The position numbers and the translations under genes were made by a program. This document shows, in pieces, positions 29,819 through 38,872 of a DNA stretch of 64,000 nucleotides. The stretch is from positions 32,001-96,000 of IMG/VR virus record IMGVR_UViG_3300037067_006336; one strand, given 5' to 3'. Source of the DNA: a virus (lineage: Duplodnaviria; Caudoviricetes). Each line of letters opens with the position of its first letter. The stretch's first letter is position 1. The notes under the pieces are model-generated. The model had not been told where the DNA came from, did not search any database, and worked only from the letters and a program-made list of their open reading frames with translations.

Positions 29819-29872
29819 GTCTTGTCAAATTTTATGATTTATATACACGCTAGAACGAATCCCTGTTATTTG

Positions 29873-30247
29873 TCAGGCTTTCACCTTCGCCTGGTTAGCC
29901 AGGTAAACGAGGTGTTTGAACCTGGATACAACTTCATCGAACTTGGCGTTCAACGAGCTGAATGATGCGAACTCTGACTGGCATAACTCGGTTATGGAAA
30001 CCAGTTCCTCGCACATGACAACTATGTCGTTACCGGTGATGAATGACGCGGCGATACTGTTGGCCTCGATGTCACCGAACGTGACGATGCATTCCTCTGC
30101 TATCTCGTCCTGCGAGCTACTCAATGCCCATTGGGAATCACCCAGGAAATTGTGCTCCGCGGTATCTTTCGAGTTCCAGTGCATTTCCTTGAAACGGGTG
30201 ATGTAACCTTCCACATCCCGTAACCACTTGTGAATTGTTGAATCCAT
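29873..30247 (-). CDS. ferritin/Dps-like protein
   Basis: KEMHWN...EH..L......DEIAE matches the Dps-type HWN/H/DxxAE pattern. Confidence 0.7.
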   Translation of the reverse strand: MDSTIHKWLRDVEGYITRFKEMHWNSKDTAEHNFLGDSQWALSSSQDEIAEECIVTFGDIEANSIAASFITGNDIVVMCEELVSITELCQSEFASFSSLNAKFDEVVSRFKHLVYLANQAKVKA

Positions 30248-30285
30248 GATTAATTGTTTTTAAATGTTAAAACCTGTAAACCTAT

Positions 30286-30687
30286 TTACGATTGTTGTTT
30301 CATGATACTCATGTTCCATGTACCTGTATCCATGGAGTACTTGTTAACGTGTTCACCGTTATCATCGAGTATGTTCACACTCACTAGTTCTGCCAGTGAC
30401 ATCGTTACCATGTGTTTAACCTTTGAACCGTTATCATCATGATGTTCGATTACCCTGAAAGCAACGAACACGTTAACCGTTGTATCGATGAGGTCTATGC
30501 CTTGACCATCCCCGATGTTACCTTGTAACCACTTGATCATGTCAACCTCGATAACCCTGATCGATATATCATCACTTGTATCGAATGGAGTTAATATTAT
30601 ATCGGTTGCATCGAACCCTGGTATACCGGTACAAACCTCGTTTATTAATTCCCTTAACGTTCCTGTCTTGATTACTGTTGCTTCCAT
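30286..30687 (-). CDS. hypothetical protein
   Basis: 133-aa ORF flanking the repeat array. Confidence 0.55.
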   Translation of the reverse strand: MEATVIKTGTLRELINEVCTGIPGFDATDIILTPFDTSDDISIRVIEVDMIKWLQGNIGDGQGIDLIDTTVNVFVAFRVIEHHDDNGSKVKHMVTMSLAELVSVNILDDNGEHVNKYSMDTGTWNMSIMKQQS

Positions 30688-30719
30688 GATGTCTTGAATA
30701 CTGTGTTTTACATGTTGTC

Positions 30720-31670
30720 TTGATTAACATGATATCATATATGTTTGATTGATCATGATGTACTTGGTGAATATATGTTTGATATCACATGTATGCTTAT
30801 ATATTCATGATGTATATTATGTGTTTATCATGATCGATGTATTGTGTATGTTAAATGTATCATGAAGTACTTGATATGTTGGTATGTATATGTTTGATAT
30901 CACATGTATGCTTATATGTTCATGATGTATATTATGTGTTTATCGATGTATTGTGTATGTTAAATGTATCATGAAGTACTTGATATGTTGGTATGTATAT
31001 GTTTGATATCACATGTATGCTTATATGTTCATGATGTACTTGATATGTATATTATCCCATGTTCGATGTAATATGTATGTTGAATGTATCATGATGTACT
31101 TGATAGTAGGTTTACAATGATCAATGTAATGTATGTTGAATGTATCATGAGGTAATTGGATATATGTTTATCATGTTATGAATATCATATGTATTTGATA
31201 GATCATGTTGTATAGTGTATGTTTGATATGATCGATGTAATGTGTATGTTGGTCGGATCATGATGTACGCAATGTGTGTTTGATGTATCATGTCATGCTT
31301 GATATGTATATGTTCGATATCACATGTGTACTTGTATGTTCATGATGTATGGTGTATATGTTTATCATGATACAAATAACATATGTATGCTTATCGATTC
31401 ATGATGTACTTGATATGTATATGTTGACAGATCATGATGTAATAAAAGTTATATGCTAATAGGTTAATGATGTACATGGTGAGTGATATTTTATTACATC
31501 ATGGTATACTTGTTATGTATATACTGTACATGATACCATAAGTGTATATGTTCGATACAATGTCTATGTTGAATGTATCATGATGTACTTGATAATAGGT
31601 TTATCATGTTGTATGTTCATGATGTACTTGAAATGTATATGATCGAATGTTTAATGATATACTTATTCGT
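30720..31670. repeat. non-coding degenerate repeat array (TCATGATGTA units); candidate origin or protein-binding array
   Basis: About 14 copies of TCATGA(T/A/G)GTA. An exact 97-bp duplication at 30833-30929 / 30942-31038 (period 109). Strong T/G skew on the + strand; no ORF of 60 aa or more. Confidence 0.9.
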
Positions 31671-31673
31671 ATG

Positions 31674-32393
31674 TTATACATGTTTACTCGATAGCTTCAT
31701 TAACATCAATTCCTGCTTGACATGACTGTAGTAACACTTGCAAGCTAACGCGAATGAATCGATGACATCATTAACCTTCGATGTCTCGACAACCGGTAAT
31801 AGTTTTTTACCATCCCACATCTTGACGAATATATCACACATGTCATCCTTGCTAGAACCTCCATGAGATGAGAAGAAGTACTTGAGCTCTGATGCTGTTG
31901 GAGTGTCTAACCTAATGATGATATCGTTGGACAAACAGTACTCGATTATCTTGGACCTAACGAGTGCTTGTAATGATATCAAACCCCCAACGATCTTCAA
32001 TGATGCCTTTCCACCGTATGCCGGCATGATGTAATTCTCGATACCAACGATCATCATCGATGGTTTACACCTTGTAACCTTGTCAAGTATTATGTTCATG
32101 ATCTTCTTGGTTGCTATCATTGATTTCAACGTGATATCACATTGATCAAGGTTGTTCATGTTACCCAATGACATGTGTAACTTGGTTGACGTTATGTTAG
32201 ATGGTAACCTGTAAACAGTATCATTGATATTTATCACATGCTCTGGTGAGTAATCCCGGTTGTCCTTCCTTGATTGATCATCGAACATCACCCGGTGGAA
32301 CTCGACCGATGTAACATCATGATCATGTACCACCATGAACGTTATACCCGTGCGTGAGAAGCTTAAATCAATCCCGATTATCAATGCATCCAT
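31674..32393 (-). CDS. RuvC-like Holliday junction resolvase/nuclease
   Basis: IIGIDLSFSRTG, GIENY, PTASELK..., and DVIDSFALA carry the RNase H-fold acidic residues. Confidence 0.8.
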   Translation of the reverse strand: MDALIIGIDLSFSRTGITFMVVHDHDVTSVEFHRVMFDDQSRKDNRDYSPEHVININDTVYRLPSNITSTKLHMSLGNMNNLDQCDITLKSMIATKKIMNIILDKVTRCKPSMMIVGIENYIMPAYGGKASLKIVGGLISLQALVRSKIIEYCLSNDIIIRLDTPTASELKYFFSSHGGSSKDDMCDIFVKMWDGKKLLPVVETSKVNDVIDSFALACKCYYSHVKQELMLMKLSSKHV

Positions 32394-32405
32394 GGATCAT
32401 GAAAA

Positions 32406-32888
32406 TTATACCTTCCTTACATGATGGTTCAAACGGTACGGGTTACCATCCCTAGATACGAATGACACGCTGCTAACCATCATGAAATCTTTCCTATTTA
32501 CGGGTGGTATGAAAAGGGTACCGTGCATGCATATACCGCAGTACACGACCTCGATTATATCATCTATCACGTCGTGTAAATCCTTGAATATGTTGTAACC
32601 ACCCACCATCATGATGTTAGCGTGTGATGCCAACACTGTCTTGTTGAACGATGACACGTGACAAACACCACCGACGGTAACAGGGCATTGAACATCACCC
32701 ACCATTGTGATGTCACATGATGTTCTGAGGTTTTCCATCAGGCAAGAATAAGGGGGTGATAGTAGTACCATGTTTCCCCTGCATACCCTTGTTAAGAGGG
32801 ATAACATGATGTCACTTGAACATGGCAACGGTAATCCCCTGGATAATACCGAACCAGGTTCGTCCCGTGTTATTACCATCCTTACCAT
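32406..32888 (-). CDS. degenerate dihydrofolate reductase-like protein
   Basis: 160 aa. GLPLP..SD, GNMVLL, IMMVGGYNIF, TLFIPP and the C-terminal YR...VRK follow DHFR order, but LPW and MGRKT are lost. Confidence 0.55.
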   Translation of the reverse strand: MVRMVITRDEPGSVLSRGLPLPCSSDIMLSLLTRVCRGNMVLLSPPYSCLMENLRTSCDITMVGDVQCPVTVGGVCHVSSFNKTVLASHANIMMVGGYNIFKDLHDVIDDIIEVVYCGICMHGTLFIPPVNRKDFMMVSSVSFVSRDGNPYRLNHHVRKV

Positions 32889-32889
32889 G

Positions 32890-35241
32890 TCACGTGTTGA
32901 ATTTGAAACTACTGAATATAGATTGCTTGGTGATGTTGTATTCTTTCCCGTTAACCTTGAACATGCACGTCACATCGAAACATGTTTTCCTGTTTACCCT
33001 GTACTTCAGTGCGTAATCGGTGGTGTCATGAAGTATCTCCCGGGTGAATGAATCCTGGACAACCCATCGTATGTCGGTTTCCTTCACCACGTACCTGTCA
33101 TCGATTGTGCAGGCGAACACGTCACCGATCATGAGGTATGCCATGTTGATACCCCCGTTACTTTCTACATCCGACAGGTGCGACATGACGCTACGCACGC
33201 ACGTGTATGTTTTTATGCCGTCCTCTCCCGTGACATCAACCGTGTAAGGACCAGGGGACACGTATGTCGCCAAGGGGTTACCCGTCAACGGGAAATCGAA
33301 GTTAACGGGTGTCTTGGATCTTGATAACCCTTCCATCTCGTATATGCTTTCCGTGTCACCTGTGTTTACATCAAGTAACATGATGTTGTAAAGGTTCTTG
33401 TCTAGTGTCACGCCTGTTTCAGTTGGCATTATCATGTAGTAATCCGTCACGGTGTTGTCCCCGTTATCTATCTCCATGATGGTAATGAATATGAAATCGT
33501 TCGGTTGTTCGTGATCACCGTACTCCATGTAAGGTACGTTGGAGAACTCGCACGTGTTAACATCGAACACTTCCATGACTAGTTCCTTTCCCATCTGGAC
33601 AGGGAAGGCGATGATATCAATGTAAGGGTTAACAAGACATGTTGGTATGCTTGAAGTTATATCGATGGTAGGCGTGTACTTGTTGAAATCCACCAGCATG
33701 TACCTGTCGTTCCTTGTAAGGTAACGGTACATTGTTGATGGATCGCTAGAGAAGTACTGCTTCAGGTCATCAGGTACCGATGTTAACGGTAACACGTACT
33801 CCTTGTAAGAGTTGTCGGGCATTGTTGATAACTTCCCCGGTGAATCCATATCTTGCGTGGTTGTCGTGTTTTCACTCACGATGAAGCTGCTGAAGGCCAT
33901 GAAATCAATCCTGGCTACATCGTTCGACACGGTGAAATCGTAGAAGTACTTGTCCATGGCGTTAAACTTGTCCCACGTGTACACGGTAAGGTTGTAGTTA
34001 CCTGTCCTGTTGATGACAACCAACCTGGATATATCGCTGGAAACGTACACCTTGTCGACCGTGTACTTGATTCCAGTACCAATATTGGTTAATACCATCA
34101 TCACGTACGCTTCTTTCACGGTAATCGATACGTGTAGACACGAGCCGAAATCCCGGCGTAACAAGGTCATGTCGCCGGTGTAATTAACATCGTCAAACAC
34201 TTCCGATACCACGTCATACATGCTAGGATCATTCAATACCGGGGTGTCGTCATCGAACGTTACCTTTATTTCAGACAGGTAAACACCCGGTAATTGTTGC
34301 AGGCAGTTCTTTACAAGTATCACTTCCTCGTCTGACTTGTTGAATGCTGACACGTTGATACTGGTGTAACGTCTTAGTAACGCCACATCATTCTCGTGAA
34401 CCTTTGACATGGACATGGTTATGCCACGGAATTTAGCGATGTTGGAACCGTACTCGAGACCGAACAACCTGATTAACTGTTCCTCGCACGTGAAGTATTC
34501 GTTAGCGACTGATATGGCGTTAATCAATACCCTCTTGAAGTCGTCCAGGTCGTTTATAGATGTAAGACATACCGGCATGTTGTTCTCGTCAAGCCCCCCG
34601 TCATCGAAGTTCTCGTACCACACGTGGTAGTATCCGTTCTTGACATCTCTAGCCTTGTCAGGTTTCAACGTTATCGTTCCATCACTCTTCATGAACTCCT
34701 CGAGTATGCTCATCCTATCATCCTTGAAACCTATGAACTCGAAGAAGTACTCGATGGATCTTATGGTACCTTTAACCTTCAACATGCGCTTGTAATCGAG
34801 CAGGAGTCTCTTTATCAAGTCTGACTTGTCGAAATCAACCGGTATACAAGACTCTATTGTATCGTATGATGGTAGACCTGCATTGATCAACATGTCCTTG
34901 TAATGCTCGTTACCCCTTGATTCACTCATGATATTATCAAGCACTAACGTCATCGAGTAAGAAACAATACTACTACCGTTCGATACCCTCATGGTAATAC
35001 TAGTGTTATCGACCGGTATGTAAACAGTGTACCCGTTATTACCTGTCATGGATTGACCGCTTGTTATCAATGGTTGGTTGTTATTGATAACCACGGAGTA
35101 CAATGTTGCATCACCCGATATGATATCAATAGTTACAGGCATGTAAGAGTAAACATACGTGCAGTTTGACTTGACAACACTTGATGTCTTGATAACTTCC
35201 TTGTTCGACCCGTACAGGATCACTGGTAATATCATGCTCAT
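32890..35241 (-). CDS. baseplate wedge protein (gp7/P2 gpI-like)
   Basis: LLDYKRMLKVKGTIRSIEYFFEFIG motif typical of wedge proteins. Confidence 0.6.
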   Translation of the reverse strand: MSMILPVILYGSNKEVIKTSSVVKSNCTYVYSYMPVTIDIISGDATLYSVVINNNQPLITSGQSMTGNNGYTVYIPVDNTSITMRVSNGSSIVSYSMTLVLDNIMSESRGNEHYKDMLINAGLPSYDTIESCIPVDFDKSDLIKRLLLDYKRMLKVKGTIRSIEYFFEFIGFKDDRMSILEEFMKSDGTITLKPDKARDVKNGYYHVWYENFDDGGLDENNMPVCLTSINDLDDFKRVLINAISVANEYFTCEEQLIRLFGLEYGSNIAKFRGITMSMSKVHENDVALLRRYTSINVSAFNKSDEEVILVKNCLQQLPGVYLSEIKVTFDDDTPVLNDPSMYDVVSEVFDDVNYTGDMTLLRRDFGSCLHVSITVKEAYVMMVLTNIGTGIKYTVDKVYVSSDISRLVVINRTGNYNLTVYTWDKFNAMDKYFYDFTVSNDVARIDFMAFSSFIVSENTTTTQDMDSPGKLSTMPDNSYKEYVLPLTSVPDDLKQYFSSDPSTMYRYLTRNDRYMLVDFNKYTPTIDITSSIPTCLVNPYIDIIAFPVQMGKELVMEVFDVNTCEFSNVPYMEYGDHEQPNDFIFITIMEIDNGDNTVTDYYMIMPTETGVTLDKNLYNIMLLDVNTGDTESIYEMEGLSRSKTPVNFDFPLTGNPLATYVSPGPYTVDVTGEDGIKTYTCVRSVMSHLSDVESNGGINMAYLMIGDVFACTIDDRYVVKETDIRWVVQDSFTREILHDTTDYALKYRVNRKTCFDVTCMFKVNGKEYNITKQSIFSSFKFNT

Positions 35242-35245
35242 GTTC

Positions 35246-35968
35246 TTACTCGATGTAAACTTTCTTTGACTGTATCTTCTTGGATGCTTCCACCACCATG
35301 GTGTTCTCCTGTGATAGGGCGGATATTATGTCGGGCATCATGGATGTTATAACCGCCCCGATGGAGGCGGTGAACGGGTTCGGTGTCGCCGCGGACGCTA
35401 TCGCCGTGAACAACGTTATGAACTTGTTGGTGATGTTGGAGTCATGCTTTAACATGTCTTGCATCTGCTTGACACTCTTGTCCCCGAGTAGTGATGCCTC
35501 GCTTGCCTCGTCACCGATATCGATCCTGTCCTTTGTCATGACGATGGAGTTGTTGGCGACGAATAATGATAGCTTGTCCACCTCTACCTGCACCTTTCCA
35601 TCCTTGTTACTGAACTCGATTCCCTTGGATTTGACGTACGTCAAACTAACGTCACCACGCTTGTAAACCTCAAGGTAAGTATCGTAATCACCATCGCTTA
35701 TGCTTGATGAACTCAAACCTACCTTCCTGCCGTAGAAGCATGTCGACAGGTTATTGTTGAACACCATGACGGGGACTACATCATCTTTCACCGGGATGTA
35801 CTCGAGACCGTTCCATGGGTAGTACCACGGGAGCAGGTCAACCGGTATCTCGTCGGTCATCGCGGCCACGGAAACCTTTACCCTCCATACTTTATCCGGG
35901 TCTGTCACGTCAACCACCTTGCCGAAGAAGATGTTGATGTTACCGTTACATTCAGGATAGTTCATCAT
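35246..35968 (-). CDS. baseplate hub/spike protein (gp5/gpV OB-fold)
   Basis: FFGKVVDVTDPDKVWRVKV...LPW...P..DD.V.V.F is the gp5 OB-fold signature; LLGD in the C-terminal part. Confidence 0.8.
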   Translation of the reverse strand: MMNYPECNGNINIFFGKVVDVTDPDKVWRVKVSVAAMTDEIPVDLLPWYYPWNGLEYIPVKDDVVPVMVFNNNLSTCFYGRKVGLSSSSISDGDYDTYLEVYKRGDVSLTYVKSKGIEFSNKDGKVQVEVDKLSLFVANNSIVMTKDRIDIGDEASEASLLGDKSVKQMQDMLKHDSNITNKFITLFTAIASAATPNPFTASIGAVITSMMPDIISALSQENTMVVEASKKIQSKKVYIE

Positions 35969-35969
35969 T

Positions 35970-37466
35970 TTAAAACCCCCTCCTGCTGTATATGATGTTA
36001 GGTGTGTTCACGTTGGACTGGTTTCTCGATTGACCCTGCCTTATACCCTTCTCTACCTCCGGCATGTTGTAAGCCGTGTTGAACGGTTGCCCGGTTGACG
36101 GGTTAATTTTCGGTTGCTGTTCCAGTAAACCCGTGGGGTTCTTTGTCCCGGTTGGTACCCAGTTGTCGTAAGCCTGCATGAAGTTATCGGAGAACCCCTT
36201 GAAAACCATGTTGTTTATCTTCGCTATATTGTCGTAAACGTACTTGTTCTCTATGTTCTGTATGCCAAGGTCAACGGTGTTCTCGAGCATTTTAACGGCG
36301 TAATCAGGGTCGGTGAACTTCATCAACGAGCTGCCGATAATGCTGTTCTCGCCTATTAAACCGTTCAGGTACTTGGCGGGTTTACGTGCCAGCTTGTTCA
36401 GTTCCCTCACCCCCGCCTTGGCTATGGAATCACCGAGCTTGGGGAGGTAACTCTTCACGTTACCCGCCGCCGTGTTGAGTACCTTGGCGAACGAGTTCTG
36501 CTTGCTGGTGCTGGACAGGTCGTTCGATACCTTGTCTTGTGCCGCTGCCAGCGCGAGCACCTTGACCAGGTCGAACTCGCCGAACAGGTTGTTGAACACG
36601 CCCTTGTAAGACGCGAACCTGAAGTTGAAAACGAAGTTGGTTCTCGTGAAATCTCCCCCCGGCTCGTTGGAAACCCTCTCGAAGAATGATTTACCCGATT
36701 CTTCCACGTTGAACGACGCATCACCCATGATGAACATGTGGTGGTTGAAGTCGTAGGTGTCCGAGTTCTCCACGAAGAACCCCTTTGACAGTTTCTTCAG
36801 CGTGGGGAACATCTTCGTCTCGTAGTCATCGTTGGTGAGACCGTTGTTCTCCAGCACGTCGTACAAGGCCATGTTGTAGTAACCGGAAGAGTATACCAGT
36901 ACCATCATATCTAACCTCCTCAAGTTAGCAGGTATAACCTCTACACCCCTAACGTTACAATCGAAACATATGTGGCGGTACATCGTTACCAGGGATTGAC
37001 ACATCATGTCGGCCGTTTCACGCAGCTCGAAGGATACTTTCGAATCCTCTTCCTTGAAAGACTCGTGTGGTTTCTTGGTAGCTATCTCGTCGAGCCCGGT
37101 GGAGTTGAGGAAGAGGAAGTCGTACTCCCTAACCAGTATCTTGAACAGCTCGATCCATTGCTTCAACATGTTGTAACGGTCTTCCTCGCCTATCCTCTTC
37201 AGGTAGGCTAGTGCCGAGTTGACGTTCGCCTCAGCCGACACCAGGCCGTAGGGTTTATCCCAGTCCACCATTACCTTGAAGTTGAGCGTGAGTGGATCGG
37301 CGAACCTGGCCATCAACGCGCGCATCTCCGGTGTCTCGAAGTATTCCGTCGTGCCGGCGCCCGTCTCGTACTGCTGTCTGTTGTTCGGGGTTATGCCGTT
37401 GATGGTAGTGGTCCCTCCACCAGCCAGGAATGATGTAGCCTTGTTAACCAGGTCGTTGAGTGCCAT
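35970..37466 (-). CDS. putative baseplate/tail-tube-related structural protein
   Basis: 498 aa, upstream of the gp5-like gene; tube-like ELRETADM...YRH segment. Confidence 0.5.
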   Translation of the reverse strand: MALNDLVNKATSFLAGGGTTTINGITPNNRQQYETGAGTTEYFETPEMRALMARFADPLTLNFKVMVDWDKPYGLVSAEANVNSALAYLKRIGEEDRYNMLKQWIELFKILVREYDFLFLNSTGLDEIATKKPHESFKEEDSKVSFELRETADMMCQSLVTMYRHICFDCNVRGVEVIPANLRRLDMMVLVYSSGYYNMALYDVLENNGLTNDDYETKMFPTLKKLSKGFFVENSDTYDFNHHMFIMGDASFNVEESGKSFFERVSNEPGGDFTRTNFVFNFRFASYKGVFNNLFGEFDLVKVLALAAAQDKVSNDLSSTSKQNSFAKVLNTAAGNVKSYLPKLGDSIAKAGVRELNKLARKPAKYLNGLIGENSIIGSSLMKFTDPDYAVKMLENTVDLGIQNIENKYVYDNIAKINNMVFKGFSDNFMQAYDNWVPTGTKNPTGLLEQQPKINPSTGQPFNTAYNMPEVEKGIRQGQSRNQSNVNTPNIIYSRRGF

Positions 37467-37531
37467 GATGATTTCCAGGGGGAAGGGTGTTCAATCCCCC
37501 TCCCGTATATACCCGTAAAGATGTCAATCAT

Positions 37532-38467
37532 ATGAACCTGCCAGTTATAAACCAGTTGAACGGTGACCGTTCCACGTACATCACCTTCTCTAAAGCCAAC
37601 CTGGACCATGATGCTTCAGACATCAAGGGAACACCCTACTACATGACGAGGATGGTGGCCATCGAGTTACCAGACTGGGATTACGCTAACTTTGACATTG
37701 ATCTGAGTTCGGTGGGTGTAGTGTCAACAAACCCTAACGTGAAGTTCTCCAAGGCTATCCAGTACTACATGGAGAACATAACGCGACAGGCCATAGGGTT
37801 AGGGCAGGTAACGGTAGAGGAGGTAACCGAACTGGCTTTCTGGAAGATGCTGGAGAAGATGGGGATGGATCAATCCTCCAGGGAAAGTTGCGTAAAGGTT
37901 GTGAACCGGGTGGCCACGTCTAACTTCGTTTCATCCGAGAACAACAACGGGTGGGGGGAGGTAGTGGCACAGGTACCCAACATGTGCCAGTTACTCACAC
38001 CCGCGTGGAGAACGGTAGCTAACATCGATGACATAGTTCAATGCACGGATGCCGACACGGCACTGTACGACAACGGTAACAAGGAATTCCTGTTCGGTGC
38101 AGGTAACGCCAGGGTCCTTGATTTCGGTAACATGATACTCGAGGACACGGTGCAACAGGAGATAAGATTCAACTGCATACTCATGTTCTACACGGATGGT
38201 AGCGGGGTGGAGAAACTGCACGGCATCAATTTCATGTACCCTTACGAATCGCACTTAACGTACTGGTCATTACCCACGTTCACGCAGGTTACCAACGAGT
38301 CTAACACGATAGGTTACCAGTTCAAGTTCTTCGTGAAGACGTGTAACAACCAGGCTTCACAACTCGTGGTAGAGCAACTAGAACAACACACGCACTGGGA
38401 CACGTTCATGGAAACCCTGTCCAAGTTGAACTCGTTCCTGGAGTTGAAGATGAAGGAAACAAACTAG
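37532..38467 (+). CDS. virion structural protein (baseplate region)
   Basis: First gene of the + strand arm; likely start ATG 37532 (MNLPVI). Confidence 0.6.
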   Translation: MNLPVINQLNGDRSTYITFSKANLDHDASDIKGTPYYMTRMVAIELPDWDYANFDIDLSSVGVVSTNPNVKFSKAIQYYMENITRQAIGLGQVTVEEVTELAFWKMLEKMGMDQSSRESCVKVVNRVATSNFVSSENNNGWGEVVAQVPNMCQLLTPAWRTVANIDDIVQCTDADTALYDNGNKEFLFGAGNARVLDFGNMILEDTVQQEIRFNCILMFYTDGSGVEKLHGINFMYPYESHLTYWSLPTFTQVTNESNTIGYQFKFFVKTCNNQASQLVVEQLEQHTHWDTFMETLSKLNSFLELKMKETN

Positions 38468-38468
38468 G

Positions 38469-38864
38469 ATGGATGAGATAGAATACATGGATTTGAACCT
38501 GCACGGTACGGGGATGATGGATAACGCGTTGATCGACCCGTTATCCCTGTACCTGCAAGAACTAGAGCTTGCGTTGAAGATACTACCAGGCGAGGTGTGG
38601 GGGGTAACTGATTCCGTGAACTTGAAGCGTTACCTGTTCAACAGGTACGTCACGATGACGTATATCCGTAACGAGATACTGGGGTTCATCAAGGTCAACT
38701 GCCAACATTCCACGGATTTCCAGACATCTGTAAACGTGGAGACGCTCGCTAACCCCACGGGTGGTGACATGGTGTACATAGTGATGACGGTTCACGTGCC
38801 AGGGGAAGGTGGCACGAACTTCGACGTGGTGCAGAAGTTCCTAGTAGGTGCTAACAGCTTGTAA
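38469..38864 (+). CDS. baseplate wedge protein (gp25-like)
   Basis: 131 aa, L...PGEV.G....NL.RYLF...IR.EI; directly upstream of the gp6-like gene. Confidence 0.65.
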   Translation: MDEIEYMDLNLHGTGMMDNALIDPLSLYLQELELALKILPGEVWGVTDSVNLKRYLFNRYVTMTYIRNEILGFIKVNCQHSTDFQTSVNVETLANPTGGDMVYIVMTVHVPGEGGTNFDVVQKFLVGANSL

Positions 38865-38872
38865 ATTTAAAT

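Noticed and set aside
30720-31670. CRISPR array
   Set aside because: There is no constant 23-47 bp repeat with unique spacers. The intervening sequences are low-complexity, related to each other and variable in length, and no cas genes are present.
33755-33785. VPDDLK in the baseplate wedge protein as a third copy of the SSB/exonuclease motif
   Set aside because: It lacks the GKxVI..N part and lies inside a structural protein, so it is probably chance.
37475-37505. tRNA (GTTCAATCCC resembles a T-arm)
   Set aside because: There is no room or pairing for D and anticodon arms or an acceptor stem. No tRNA was recognised anywhere in the window.
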